Made by a program: the position numbers and the translations under genes | The notes under the pieces: model-generated | What the model saw: the letters and a program-made list of their open reading frames with translations, nothing else | Told to the model about the DNA's origin: nothing | Databases searched by the model: none | Assembly (NCBI GenBank): GCA_963774635.1 | Contig: CAVZFS010000026.1 | Span: 232,636 to 296,635, forward strand | Length of the DNA stretch: 64,000 nucleotides | Direction of reading: 5' to 3' | Origin: an uncultured Acidimicrobiia bacterium | Lineage (GTDB): Bacteria; Actinomycetota; Acidimicrobiia; Acidimicrobiales; Ilumatobacteraceae | Shown: in pieces, positions 36,006-45,571 of the stretch | Layout: each line of letters opens with the position of its first letter | Numbering within the stretch: position 1 is the stretch's first letter

Positions 36006-36569
36006 CTATTCGAAGTTCTGGTAGTAGCGGCTCGGTGTCGGGCCGCGCTGACCTTGGTACTTCGAACCGGTCGCACCCTTGCCATAGGGCCGATCGGCGG
36101 GCGTGGTCATCTGCATGAAGCTGAGCTGGCCGATCTTCATGCCCGGATAGAGCGTGATCGGCAGGCTGGCGACGTTGGCCAGTTCGAGGGTGACGTGGCC
36201 GTCCCAACCTGGGTCGACGAACCCGGCCGTGCTGTGGATGAGCAGCCCGAGCCTGCCGAGCGAGCTCTTTCCTTCGATCCGCGCAACGATGTCGTCCGGC
36301 AGCGCGACGCGTTCCTCGGTCGAGCCGAGGACGAACTCGCCCGGGTGCAGCATGAAGACGCCGTCGGGTGAGATCTCGATCAGTTCCGTGAGGTCGGTCA
36401 GATCCACCTTGACGTCGATGATGCCGGCCGTGTGGTTGCGGAAGACCCGGAACAGGCGATCGAGCCGCACGTCCACGGACGAGGGCTGGATGCACGAGTC
36501 GTCGAACGGGTCGATGACGATGTGGCCGTCGCCGATGGCCTTGCGCAGGTCACGGTCCGAGAGGATCAC
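36006..36569 (-). CDS. dcd: dCTP deaminase
   Basis: The track ORF is 36006..36989. GTG 36569 gives [22 protein letters not shown]...[10 protein letters not shown]...[24 protein letters not shown]...TLEL, which is canonical Dcd. Confidence 0.9.
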   Translation of the reverse strand: MILSDRDLRKAIGDGHIVIDPFDDSCIQPSSVDVRLDRLFRVFRNHTAGIIDVKVDLTDLTELIEISPDGVFMLHPGEFVLGSTEERVALPDDIVARIEGKSSLGRLGLLIHSTAGFVDPGWDGHVTLELANVASLPITLYPGMKIGQLSFMQMTTPADRPYGKGATGSKYQGQRGPTPSRYYQNFE

Positions 36570-36592
36570 CGCAGCGGACCCTACCGAGCTGA

Positions 36593-36925
36593 ATGCGGCC
36601 GGCGAAGGCGCTGGAGCGCCCGCCGTGCCGAACCGGGACTCCAGGTCTGAACGACGCGACCCTTGACAATGCGGCCGGCGAAGGCGCTGGAGCGCCCGCC
36701 GTGCCGAACCGGAACTCCTGTCGGACGCGACCTCAATGCGGCCGGCGAAGGCGCTGGAGCGCCCGCCGTGCCGAACCGGGACTCTGGTCTGAACGACGCG
36801 ACCCTCGATGCGGCCGGCGAAGGCGCTGGAGCGCCCGCCGTGCCGAACCGGGACTCTGCGTCTGAACGACGCGCCGGAGCGTGCGGCCGGCGAAGGCGCT
36901 GGAGCGCCCGTGCACCGACCGGCAC
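36593..36925 (+). repeat. tandem array of five family A (MIRU-like) units in the divergent dcd-zwf spacer
   Basis: Units start at 36593, 36669, 36736, 36808 and ~36881, with periods of 76, 67, 72 and 73 nt. Each carries (A)TGCGGCCGGCGAAGGCGCTGGAGCGCCCGCCGTGCCGAACCGGRACTC...GTCTGAACGACGCGACC. The fifth unit is truncated and divergent. Confidence 0.9.
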
Positions 36926-37012
36926 TTCGCCCAATCCGGACGATGACCGGGCCGACCGGGCGTGGTAGATCGCAGGTGACGGTGACCACTCACCGAGCAG
37001 GAGGGAAGCGCA

Positions 37013-38443
37013 ATGGTCGAGCAAGCAGCGGGAGGAGCGGCAGCGACGGGTCCGGCAGGCCAAGGGCCGATCGGTGACGTCCTCGTGATCTTCGGGATCA
37101 CCGGGGACCTGGCCAAGGTGATGACGTTCCGCTCGTTGTACCGCCTCGAGCAACGTGGGTTGCTCGACTGCCCCATCGTCGGCGTCGCAGGGGACGACTG
37201 GGCGCTCCCTCAACTGGTCGAGCGGGCCCGCAGCTCGATCGAGGGAACCGGCGAGACGATCGATCCGACGGTCTTCAAGCGCTTCACCGACCGGCTGTCG
37301 TACGTGCAGGGCGACTTCACCGATCCAGCCACCTACGACAAGGTGGGCGATGCGATCAGTGGCGCGAAGTGCCCTGTCTTCTACCTCGAGATCCCGCCGT
37401 TCCTCTTCGGCAGGGTCGTGAAAGGGTTGGCCGATCGTGGTCTCACCACTTCGGGGCGCGTCGTCGTGGAGAAGCCGTTCGGCCACGATCAGACCTCGGC
37501 CCACGAGCTGGCCGCTGAGCTCCACCAGTACGTGGACGAGTCGCAGCTGTACCGGATCGACCACTACCTCGGCAAGATGGGTCTCGAGCAGATCCTCTTC
37601 CTGCGCTTCGGGAACACGATGCTCGAGCCGATCTGGAACCGCAACTACGTCGACTGCATCCAGATCACGATGGCCGAGGACTTCGGCGTCGAGGACCGCG
37701 GCCACTTCTACGATCCTGTCGGCGCGTTGCGCGACGTGGTCGTCAATCACCTGCTGCAGCTGCTGGGAGCGGCAGCAATGGAGGCGCCCGCCGGCGGCGA
37801 CCCGGCGACGTTGAAGGGTGCGCAGACGGCCATCTTCCAGGCGATCGCCACGGCCGATCCCAGCCAGTACGTCCGCGGCCAGTACGACGGATACAAGTCG
37901 ATCAACGGGGTCGCCGCCGATTCGACGACCGAGACGTTCGCCGCGTTGCGGCTCGAAATCGACAACTGGCGCTGGTCGGGTGTCCCGATCTACATCCGCA
38001 CCGGGAAGCGCCTCCCGATCACCCACACCGAGCTGCGGCTCGTGTTCAAGCAATCGCCAGTGCTGGGGTTCCACCTCCGTCCGGAGAACGTCGAACCGGA
38101 CCAACTCGTCGTGCGGCTGGACCCGTCGACCGGCGTCCGCCTCCAGCTCATGACCCGCCGGGCCGACGATCCGAGACCGGCACCGATCCATCTCGACATG
38201 GAGTTCGCCGAAGAGGGTGGCGAAGGCCCGACGCCCTACGAGGTCCTGCTCCACGCCGCGCTCGTCGGCCAGACCGTGAGGTTCGCGCGTCAGGACACGA
38301 TCGAGCAGGCGTGGCGGATCATGCAGCCGCTCATCGACCAGGCCCCCCCGGTCGACACCTACGCACCCGGCTCGTGGGGCCCAGAGGCGGCCGATGCGCT
38401 CGTGGCAGGCAATGGTGGCTGGCGCGAACCATGGACTCAATGA
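37013..38443 (+). CDS. zwf: glucose-6-phosphate dehydrogenase
   Basis: 476 aa with GGAGGG before ATG 37013. [15 protein letters not shown] (NADP site), [14 protein letters not shown] (active-site motif) and EKPFGHD are Zwf signatures. Confidence 0.93.
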   Translation: MVEQAAGGAAATGPAGQGPIGDVLVIFGITGDLAKVMTFRSLYRLEQRGLLDCPIVGVAGDDWALPQLVERARSSIEGTGETIDPTVFKRFTDRLSYVQGDFTDPATYDKVGDAISGAKCPVFYLEIPPFLFGRVVKGLADRGLTTSGRVVVEKPFGHDQTSAHELAAELHQYVDESQLYRIDHYLGKMGLEQILFLRFGNTMLEPIWNRNYVDCIQITMAEDFGVEDRGHFYDPVGALRDVVVNHLLQLLGAAAMEAPAGGDPATLKGAQTAIFQAIATADPSQYVRGQYDGYKSINGVAADSTTETFAALRLEIDNWRWSGVPIYIRTGKRLPITHTELRLVFKQSPVLGFHLRPENVEPDQLVVRLDPSTGVRLQLMTRRADDPRPAPIHLDMEFAEEGGEGPTPYEVLLHAALVGQTVRFARQDTIEQAWRIMQPLIDQAPPVDTYAPGSWGPEAADALVAGNGGWREPWTQ

Positions 38444-38693
38444 CTCGCCAGAGTCACCGCGGCGTCGACCGGGAGCCCACGACGTTCCCGGCGACGTACG
38501 CACGCCCCGAGGCAAGCACGGCATCCTCGGGCGCGGCAACATCTTCGGGTAGCCGCAGAAGGGTCGTGATCGCCTGGGACCGACGTCGCAGCTCTCGGCA
38601 GTCATCCTTGGCTTGCAGCCACCGGCACGGCCGGGCGTAGTGTCACCGGTGCGGCCGTGCCGCGGGGAGCACGGGGGACAGGAGGGGTTTCTC

Positions 38694-39719
38694 ATGCAGC
38701 TGCCACGCACCCGTCGTCGGGCGCTCGCCGTCGTCATCGGGCTGGCCACCGCCGTCAGCCTCGGAGTCGTCGTGGCGGGCCCAGCGGAAGCGGCGTCCGT
38801 CCACATCGTCCGGCCGGGCCAGTCGATCCAGGCGGCGGTCGACGCGGCGAATCCAGGCGACACGATCCGCGTGCTCCGCGGCACATACGAAGAGTCGGTG
38901 TCCATCACGACCTCGGACATCTCACTGGTCGGTGCGCGCGCCACCGTGCAGTCGCCCGGCGACCCGCTCTGCGGCGTGTGCGTCGGGGACTTCAGCGATC
39001 CGAGCAACACGGTGACCGGCGTCAGCGTGAGCGGTTTCACGGTGACCGGTTTCGAGTTCGGCATCTTCGTGTTCGCTGCCGACCAGACCTCGATCCGCAA
39101 CAACGTCCTCGAGGACAACGCCGAGTACGGCGTCTTCGCCAACTCGTCGACGAACACGACCATTGTCGGCAACACGGCGAGCGGCAGCGCGGAGGCGGGC
39201 TTCTACGTTGGCGACTCACCCAACGCCAACGCCAAGGTCTCCGGCAACGAGGCATCCGGCGCCCTGTTCGGGGTGTTCGTGCGCCACGCCGAAGGTGGCA
39301 CGATCACGTCCAATCGCCTCCACGACAACTGTGTCGGCGTGGTGGTCCTCGCCGACGCACCCGGGCCGGCGGGCGACTTCGACATCTCCAACAACCACAT
39401 CAACCACAACACCAAGCTCTGCGACGAAGAACCTCCGGCGGTGTCCGGCGTCGGCGTCATTCTCATCGGCGCCCACGGTGTCACCATCTCGAACAACAAC
39501 ATCCGCGACAACCTGCCGGGAGGTCCGGCGGACATCACCGGCGGCGTGATCGTGATCGGAGGGTTCGAGAACACCGAACCCGTCGACAACAGCATCACGA
39601 ACAACGTGATCAGGAACAACGCCCCCGACATCGTCCTGGGGCCAGAGGCAATCGACACCACTGTCGTGAGCAACAACAGCTGCGAGACCAGCCAACCGAG
39701 CGGTCTCTGCAGCAACTGA
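38694..39719 (+). CDS. secreted right-handed parallel beta-helix repeat protein (NosD / pectate-lyase-like)
   Basis: The track ORF is 38613..39719; ATG 38694 follows GGAGG. There is a Tat/Sec-type signal (MQLPRTRRRALAVVIGLATAVSLGVVVAGPAEA). Repeated IxxNxxxxNxxxG(V/I)xV units include IRNNVLEDNAEYGVFA, IVGNTASGS, ITSNRLHDNCVGVVV and ISNNNIRDN. Confidence 0.8.
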   Translation: MQLPRTRRRALAVVIGLATAVSLGVVVAGPAEAASVHIVRPGQSIQAAVDAANPGDTIRVLRGTYEESVSITTSDISLVGARATVQSPGDPLCGVCVGDFSDPSNTVTGVSVSGFTVTGFEFGIFVFAADQTSIRNNVLEDNAEYGVFANSSTNTTIVGNTASGSAEAGFYVGDSPNANAKVSGNEASGALFGVFVRHAEGGTITSNRLHDNCVGVVVLADAPGPAGDFDISNNHINHNTKLCDEEPPAVSGVGVILIGAHGVTISNNNIRDNLPGGPADITGGVIVIGGFENTEPVDNSITNNVIRNNAPDIVLGPEAIDTTVVSNNSCETSQPSGLCSN

Positions 39720-39746
39720 GTGATGGGCTGAGCGTCTCAGCGCTCG

Positions 39747-39802
39747 CCGCGAAGTGTGACGTCAGACAGCGGATTTCGGCACGCGTGGGTCACACTTCGC
39801 GG
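39747..39802. terminator. 14-bp perfect inverted repeat between convergent genes (bidirectional terminator candidate)
   Basis: CCGCGAAGTGTGAC (39747-39760) pairs with GTCACACTTCGCGG (39789-39802), leaving a 28-nt loop. The right arm overlaps the hydrolase stop codon. Confidence 0.5.
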
Positions 39803-40635
39803 TCACCCGAAGCGGTGGGTCCGGTCGGCCGTGCGTTGGCCAGCGCCCAGTCCAGCGCGTCGTCGGCGACCTGCTCCCAGCCCGGCCACGCCGGCAGCAG
39901 GTGCGGTCCCGGGTACTCCTTCACTTCGGTGACGAGGCCGGGCGCCTTGTAGTGCTTGGCGTTGGAGCGTTGGATGCTCGGCGGCATCAGGTGGTCATCG
40001 GTGCCGGAGATGAAGAGCAGCGGGGCGCGGTCGGGGTTCTCGTAGTTGACCCAGTTGTCGTCCTTGCCTGGGTGGATGTTGGCAAGCGCGCTGCCCCAGA
40101 AGATCGCCCCTGACGCGGGGATGTGGTAGCGCTCATAGAGCCGCCGGGACTCCTCGTCGCTGAAGCCGTTCGTGAAGGCGTACTGCCACTGTTCGTGGGT
40201 GAGTCCGACGGCGCGGTGGCGGTTGGCCGGGTTCTTCAGCACGGGGAAGGAGGCCCGGACCTGCGAGAGCGGGATCCGCCGGACGCCCTCGGTCGGCGCC
40301 GAGTCGATCGCCACGCCGGCGGCGCCGAAGCCGTGGTCGAGCAGGATCTGCGTGAACACGCCGCCGGCGGAGTGGCCGATGATGATGGGTGGGCGGTCGA
40401 GTCCGCCGACGACCGCCTCGAGGTGCTCGATGATCTGTGGCACCGTGACCTGCTCGATCGGCGTCGGATCGAGGTTGAGCGCCTCGACCTCGACCTCGAA
40501 CCCGGGGTAGGCCGGCGCCAGGACCTTGAAGCCCTTGGCCTCGTAGTGGGTGATCCAGTCCTCCCAGCTCCGTGGCGTCACCCAGAAGCCGTGGATGAGG
40601 ACGATCGTGTCGGGCGCTGCCGCTTCGTTGCTCAT
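39790..40635 (-). CDS. alpha/beta hydrolase
   Basis: The track ORF is 39790..40680 and the start is near MSNEAAAPDTIVLIHGFW. GHSAGG is the nucleophile elbow. LLFISGTDDHLMP and the C-terminal His region fit the fold. Confidence 0.85.
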   Translation of the reverse strand: MSNEAAAPDTIVLIHGFWVTPRSWEDWITHYEAKGFKVLAPAYPGFEVEVEALNLDPTPIEQVTVPQIIEHLEAVVGGLDRPPIIIGHSAGGVFTQILLDHGFGAAGVAIDSAPTEGVRRIPLSQVRASFPVLKNPANRHRAVGLTHEQWQYAFTNGFSDEESRRLYERYHIPASGAIFWGSALANIHPGKDDNWVNYENPDRAPLLFISGTDDHLMPPSIQRSNAKHYKAPGLVTEVKEYPGPHLLPAWPGWEQVADDALDWALANARPTGPTASGDREV

Positions 40636-40707
40636 AGGCGACATCATGCGCCATCGGCCGTCACGCGTGCACCGGCTCATCGTTGCGGATCGCCGGTGCG
40701 GCCGAGC

Positions 40708-41145
40708 TCAGACGGTGACGCGACTCCACAGGTCGTTGAAGGAGATGCTGTCGTAGAACGCGGTGCCGTCGACGACCACTCCTGCGGAGAGTCGCATGAT
40801 CCAGGCATAGCTGTTCTCGTAGGCCCGGCCGTCGTTGGCGACACCTCGCCCATCCCAGACGACGATGACGGTGTCGGCATCCGCGTGGATCGAGCGGATG
40901 GTCACCGGTCGGAATGGCTCGCCTGCGGCGAACCGGGCTCCGAACGGCGCCAGCACGTCGTCGATGAACTCCTGTCGGCTCCGGTACTCCCGTGAGGCGG
41001 CGGAGTGGCCTTCGATCCGCCACACCATGTCCGGGGCGAACACGTCGGAGATCGGTGCGGTGCCCTGCTGCCAGGCTTCGAACGCTCGGCGGACGATCTC
41101 CCTGTTGGTCTCGGTGTCCCCGGTCATCACCGTGGGCTCGCCCAT
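40708..41145 (-). CDS. SnoaL-like / ketosteroid-isomerase-like NTF2-fold protein
   Basis: The track ORF is 40708..41403; ATG 41145 is preceded by GGAGGG. NREIVRRAFEAWQQG...MVWRIEG...VIVVWDGRGVANDGRAYENSYAWIM is typical of the family. Confidence 0.75.
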   Translation of the reverse strand: MGEPTVMTGDTETNREIVRRAFEAWQQGTAPISDVFAPDMVWRIEGHSAASREYRSRQEFIDDVLAPFGARFAAGEPFRPVTIRSIHADADTVIVVWDGRGVANDGRAYENSYAWIMRLSAGVVVDGTAFYDSISFNDLWSRVTV

Positions 41146-41179
41146 GATCCCTCCTTGTGTCGGCCGCGGCGCAGTGCCG

Positions 41180-41626
41180 TCAAGAGCCTGGTTCCGAGAC
41201 CTGCCAGACATCAACGCGGGTGTCCAGGACCACAGCGCGCCACTCGGCCGGCCCATCGAGAGGAGCGAAGCTGCACTCGGAACGACCCCGAACAACGACG
41301 ACGCCGTCGCCGACGTCCGTGATGGCATCGAACACGTTCCGATAGTCCGGGAAGCTCTCGAAGAAGCCGCGCCAAGCCTCCACGCAGGCGCTCTTCCCTT
41401 CAACCGCCGCGCCGTCGGAATCGACGAATCGATGGGTTTCGGTCATCAGACCCGTGAGCGCACCCAGGTCGCTTCGGTTGATCGCTTCGTTGAACGCGAC
41501 CACGACAGCGACGGCGTCCGTCGGGGCACCCTCAGGCACGCGACGGAGTATCGCAGGAGCGATGAGTCCAGGGATGCCGTCGCCGAGCCTCGCTACCGCT
41601 CGGGTTACCGTTCGGGGATGCGCCAT
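41180..41626 (-). CDS. NTF2-fold (SnoaL/DUF4440-like) protein
   Basis: 148 aa. VVVAFNEAINRSDLGALTGLMTETHRFVDSDG...ACVEAWRGFF fits the fold. Confidence 0.7.
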   Translation of the reverse strand: MAHPRTVTRAVARLGDGIPGLIAPAILRRVPEGAPTDAVAVVVAFNEAINRSDLGALTGLMTETHRFVDSDGAAVEGKSACVEAWRGFFESFPDYRNVFDAITDVGDGVVVVRGRSECSFAPLDGPAEWRAVVLDTRVDVWQVSEPGS

Positions 41627-41637
41627 GTGGGTGCTTC

Positions 41638-42681
41638 GTGAAGGCTGCGGTCTGCGAGGCGTACGGGCCGCCAGCGGTCGTGCGGATCAGAGACGTGCCG
41701 ATGCCGGTACCAGCGACCGGTGAGGTGCTGATCCGGTCCGCGGCGACGACGGTCAACTCCGGTGACGCGCGGCTGCGTGCGCTCCGTGTCCCACGCGGCA
41801 TGGGTGTCGCCGTGCGCCTCAAGTTCGGACTCACCAAGCTGAAGCAACCGATCCTCGGCTTCGACGTCGCCGGCCGGATCGAGGCCGCGGGGGCTGACGT
41901 CACTCGATTCCAGGTTGGCGACAGGGTGCTCGCCTCGCGCGACCTCGATCTCGGCTGCCACGCCGAGTACGTCACGGTGGCCGAGCAGGGAGCGATCGCC
42001 ACGATCCCCGACACCATCAGCGAACCCGACGCCGTCGCCCTGTGCTTCGGTGGTTCGACGGCGCTCCACTTCCTCGAGCAGGCCAACCTCACGGTCGGGC
42101 AGACGGTGCTGATCAACGGCGCCTCCGGTGCGGTCGGTGCGATGGCCGTTCAGCTCGCGAAGCACGCGGGCGCCGAGGTCACCGCCGTGTGCAGTGGCGC
42201 CCACGCGGACCTCGTGCGGGGCCTGGGAGCGGACCATGTCATCGACTACACGGCCGAGGACTTCACCAGCCGCGGCCGGCGCTACGACGTGATCATGGAC
42301 AACCAGGGCAACGCCACCTACCCGCGCGTCAAGGGCTCACTGGCACCCGGCGGCCGGGTCCTGATGGTGAACGGCGACCTCTGGCCGACGATCGCCGCGT
42401 CGTGGCAGAAGGCAGTCGTCCGCGGCACCGCCACGATCAGCGCGAACCACCTGCAAACGCTGCTCGCCCTGACCGAGCGAGGAGCCCTGCGGCCGGTGAT
42501 CGATTCCGTGTGGCCGTTCGACAAGATCGTCCACGCCCACCGCCGCGTCGACAGCGGCCACAAGGCGGGGAGCGTCGTGGTGACCTTCGATCACGCCGTC
42601 GCGGACGTAGCTGCTCGGGCGTTAACGAGGGAGCCCGCTGTCGGTGCTGTCACCCGATCGAGGTACATTGCCGCCCAGTGA
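41638..42681 (+). CDS. NAD(P)H:quinone oxidoreductase / zinc-type alcohol dehydrogenase superfamily (MDR) protein
   Basis: GTG start. MKAAVCEAYGPP...GEVLIRSAATTVNSGD, GDRV and LINGASGAVGAMAVQLAK (Rossmann motif) are present. The ~30-aa C-terminal tail is unusual, but I found no alternative frame. Confidence 0.85.
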   Translation: MKAAVCEAYGPPAVVRIRDVPMPVPATGEVLIRSAATTVNSGDARLRALRVPRGMGVAVRLKFGLTKLKQPILGFDVAGRIEAAGADVTRFQVGDRVLASRDLDLGCHAEYVTVAEQGAIATIPDTISEPDAVALCFGGSTALHFLEQANLTVGQTVLINGASGAVGAMAVQLAKHAGAEVTAVCSGAHADLVRGLGADHVIDYTAEDFTSRGRRYDVIMDNQGNATYPRVKGSLAPGGRVLMVNGDLWPTIAASWQKAVVRGTATISANHLQTLLALTERGALRPVIDSVWPFDKIVHAHRRVDSGHKAGSVVVTFDHAVADVAARALTREPAVGAVTRSRYIAAQ

Positions 42682-42691
42682 GGAGCGTCAA

Positions 42692-43138
42692 ATGATCTCG
42701 GTGATCGAAGCCGATCTGCTCGCGCAGCGGGCCCATGGTGATGACCGCACCAAGGCAGGCCTGCTGTTCATCGACCATGTCCGCCGCGTCGCCGCGCAAC
42801 TGATCGACGACCCCGACGCCTACGCGGTGCCCGCCGCGCTGCTCCATGACAGTGTCGAGCGCGGCTCGGTCAGCTGGGCCGACCTGCGCGACGCCGGGGT
42901 GGACGATCGACTTCTCGAGCTCATCGATGCACTCACCGAACGCGTTGGTGAGTTGGAGGCGGACTACTTCGCCCGCTGCGCCGCCGACCCACTTGCGTTG
43001 CGGATCAAACGAGCAGACATCCTCGACAAGTTCGACGTCCTCGATGCCGCCGGCCTCTCGGACGCCCATCGAGCCGAACTGTGGAACCGGGCAACTCGAC
43101 GGCTGTCCGTGCTCGAGTCCATCGTCACGACGAGCTGA
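42692..43138 (+). CDS. HD domain protein (small metal-dependent phosphohydrolase)
   Basis: The track ORF is 42644..43138; ATG 42692 follows GAGGAG. AHGDDRTKAGLLFIDHVRRVA and AALLHDSVE form the H...HD pattern. Confidence 0.7.
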   Translation: MISVIEADLLAQRAHGDDRTKAGLLFIDHVRRVAAQLIDDPDAYAVPAALLHDSVERGSVSWADLRDAGVDDRLLELIDALTERVGELEADYFARCAADPLALRIKRADILDKFDVLDAAGLSDAHRAELWNRATRRLSVLESIVTTS

Positions 43139-43186
43139 GCAAGCGCGCTCGGCGGCGCAGGACGAGATCGGCCGCCGCTCTGGTGG

Positions 43187-44545
43187 TCAGGACACGGGCT
43201 CGGGTTGCCGGGCGACGGTGTCGAGCGAGGACACCGAAGGTAGGCCCTGCGCCGCGCACGGCGCCGCCTTGCCGGCCCGGCGCCCGACGAACACATCGGC
43301 GCGCTCGTGCATGGCGCGCAGCGCCACCAACGGCGGCAACGCGAGCAGCAGCGTGAGCCCGCCGACGACGTACCCGGTCGCCACCGACACGGCGCGCGAG
43401 AGATAGCCGAGCCCGAGCGATCCACCGATCCCGCCGGCGCTGCCGACCAGCGACACCGCTGACACGATCGTCGCACGCTCCGCCGACGGGACGACCGCGT
43501 GCAGGTAGGCCTGCTGGACCGGTGTCACGACGCCCATTGCGCCCATGCTGATCAGGAACAAGACCATGGCTGGCCAGAAGGAGTCGACGAGTCCTACGGC
43601 AGTCGTCGAGACGGCGAGCACGGCGGACGACGCGATCATCAGCGTCGAGCGCCGACCACAGAACCGGGAGACGACGTCGACGAGCGCGTTGCCGGCGATC
43701 GTCGACAACGCGACGGCAGCTGAGACGACGCCCGTGATCCACACGGCGTCACTATCGAGGAGCTCGAGTACGTACGGCTGCCAGGCGTAGAAGCCCCACA
43801 TCATGAACGCGCCATGGACGAACGAGACCGCCATCAACAACCGAACGGGCCGACTCCGCCATCCGAACGTGACGCTGGTCTGCAAGACGCGCCTCACCTC
43901 GGCCGGCAGGTCGGCAACGGTCGTGGCGCGCGCCGTGAACCCGACATCGTGCATGGACGCCGCGGCGACGACGAAGACGATCGCCAGGAGGCCGGCGCGC
44001 ACAACGAACGGCCACGCCAGGTTGATCGCGCCGAGCAGTCCTCCGCCGATCGAGCCGACGATCATCGCCACACCCGAGACCATCGAGCCCCGCGCGAACA
44101 CACGGTCGAGCGGAGCCTCGTAGCCAGTGGCGGCGAGCGCGTCCACGAGCCACGCCTCGACCGCGCCCGAATAGAACGTGTACCCGAGCCCGAGCAGCAG
44201 CGACGCGAAGACGAAGGGCACCACACCGCCGTCGACCGCTGCGGCGACGAGGTACCCGAGCGTTCCGAGCATGAGGGTGAACGCGCTCAGCAAGAACGAG
44301 CGTCGCCGTCCGGCTGAATCAGCGACGACGCCGGTCGGAACCTCGAACAGCACCATGCCGGCCGTGAACGCGGCGTTGACGATGAACACCTGGAAGATGT
44401 CCAGGCCGGCGTCGAGCAGGAACAGCGTGTTGACGCCCCAGATGACGGACGCGGCGAGCGTGAACAAGCCGGAGAGCAGCAGGTAGGTGCGGACGACGGC
44501 GGCCGGCGTCGCGGCCGCTGGCGCGGCGACATGCGGCCCCGTCAT
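43187..44545 (-). CDS. MFS transporter
   Basis: The track ORF is 43187..44701 and the start is at MTGPHVAAPAAAT (44545). It has 12 predicted hydrophobic segments and the GVVADSAGRRRS loop motif. Confidence 0.85.
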   Translation of the reverse strand: MTGPHVAAPAAATPAAVVRTYLLLSGLFTLAASVIWGVNTLFLLDAGLDIFQVFIVNAAFTAGMVLFEVPTGVVADSAGRRRSFLLSAFTLMLGTLGYLVAAAVDGGVVPFVFASLLLGLGYTFYSGAVEAWLVDALAATGYEAPLDRVFARGSMVSGVAMIVGSIGGGLLGAINLAWPFVVRAGLLAIVFVVAAASMHDVGFTARATTVADLPAEVRRVLQTSVTFGWRSRPVRLLMAVSFVHGAFMMWGFYAWQPYVLELLDSDAVWITGVVSAAVALSTIAGNALVDVVSRFCGRRSTLMIASSAVLAVSTTAVGLVDSFWPAMVLFLISMGAMGVVTPVQQAYLHAVVPSAERATIVSAVSLVGSAGGIGGSLGLGYLSRAVSVATGYVVGGLTLLLALPPLVALRAMHERADVFVGRRAGKAAPCAAQGLPSVSSLDTVARQPEPVS

Positions 44546-44565
44546 CAGCGGCTCGCCGCCCGGGT

Positions 44566-45045
44566 TCAGCCGCGACTGCGCCGGTCGGCGTCGGTGCCGA
44601 AGCCGGTCCGTGTCTGGCGCTCCTCCATCGTCTCGAGCTCCTGGAACACGGTGATGTGCAAACCGGCGGGTGCGTCGAGGCGGGCGTTGAGCGACCGCCA
44701 TGGCGTCGTCGTGGGTGGTGCCACCAGCGTCGCCCCTGCTGTGACGAGCCGCTCCGTCGTGGCCTGGGAATCGCGGACCTCGAAGGCGACGCGCAGCCGT
44801 GCGGATGTGTGATGGCCGACCTCGACCTCGTCGATCATGCGCTTCTGCGCCGGGTTGGCGATCTCCAGCGTGGCTCGGCCGGCATCGAGGATGGCCACGC
44901 GGGCCTCGCCCTCATCTTCGAACGCCAGCTGTTCGGGCAGGCCCAACACATCGCGATAGAAGGCGATCGCCGCGTCGAAATCCTCCGCCTCGACGACGAG
45001 ACGGAGCTGGAGGACAGTCCGGTCAGCTGGTACGTCACCGCTCAT
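44566..45045 (-). CDS. VOC (glyoxalase) family protein
   Basis: The start is at MSGDVPADRTVLQLRLVV. FDAAIAFYRDVLGL and RVAFEVRD...ATLVAPPTTTPW fit the VOC fold. Confidence 0.75.
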   Translation of the reverse strand: MSGDVPADRTVLQLRLVVEAEDFDAAIAFYRDVLGLPEQLAFEDEGEARVAILDAGRATLEIANPAQKRMIDEVEVGHHTSARLRVAFEVRDSQATTERLVTAGATLVAPPTTTPWRSLNARLDAPAGLHITVFQELETMEERQTRTGFGTDADRRSRG

Positions 45046-45088
45046 CGCCCTCACGGTACGGCGCCACCCCAAACCGCGCGCCCTGCGG

Positions 45089-45571
45089 TCACTCCGGTCG
45101 GGTGACGTCGGCTCGGAGCACGTCGTCGATCTGCCGCACGGCGTTCGACATTCCCTCCTCGAAGCCGATCGACATCATCTGGTCCATCGCCTCGCCCGAC
45201 GGGAACGTCATCGCGATCGTCATGCGGGTTCCGCCGCTGGCGCGATCGTCGATGCTGACGTCAACCCGCACGGTCGGGATGTCCGGGTCGCCGAGGTCGA
45301 ACTCGAGACGACCTGGCGCGTCGACGTCGAGAACGCGCCACCAGCCAGTCCTGCGATCGCCCTCCGGCCCGGTGACGAAGAAGGAGACGCTTCCGCCCGG
45401 CGTCAGGTCGTGAACGACGACGGTGGCCGGATGTGTCGGCGGGCCCCACCAGCGTTCGAGTTGGCGGGGATCCGCCCACAGCCGCCAGACGCGCTCGACG
45501 GAGACATCGAAGTCCGCCGTGATCGTCATCGTGCGGGCCTCGACGTCCCGGTAGATGCTGGTGATGCTCAT
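45089..45571 (-). CDS. SRPBCC superfamily protein (AHSA1 / activator of Hsp90 ATPase homologue-like)
   Basis: 160 aa. VERVWRLWADPRQLERWWGPP is the family hallmark. Its start overlaps the ArsR gene stop (ATGA), the usual ArsR-SRPBCC pairing. Confidence 0.8.
   Translation of the reverse strand: MSITSIYRDVEARTMTITADFDVSVERVWRLWADPRQLERWWGPPTHPATVVVHDLTPGGSVSFFVTGPEGDRRTGWWRVLDVDAPGRLEFDLGDPDIPTVRVDVSIDDRASGGTRMTIAMTFPSGEAMDQMMSIGFEEGMSNAVRQIDDVLRADVTRPE

Noticed and set aside
36593-36865. Mini-ORFs starting with the ATG of each family A unit ([15 protein letters not shown]...), also at 28077 and 5583, might be coding.
   Set aside because: Unit periods are not multiples of three, so the reading frame drifts between units. 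The conserved part coincides with a strong hairpin, and the downstream peptide sequences are not conserved. The conservation is at the nucleotide or structure level.
36593-36925. The tandem repeat array could be mistaken for a CRISPR array.
   Set aside because: The segments between the conserved cores are themselves conserved between units (GTCTGAACGACGCGACC). The periods are irregular (67-76 nt). The same unit occurs singly elsewhere, and there are no cas genes. It is an interspersed, tandemly amplified repeat, not repeat-spacer architecture.
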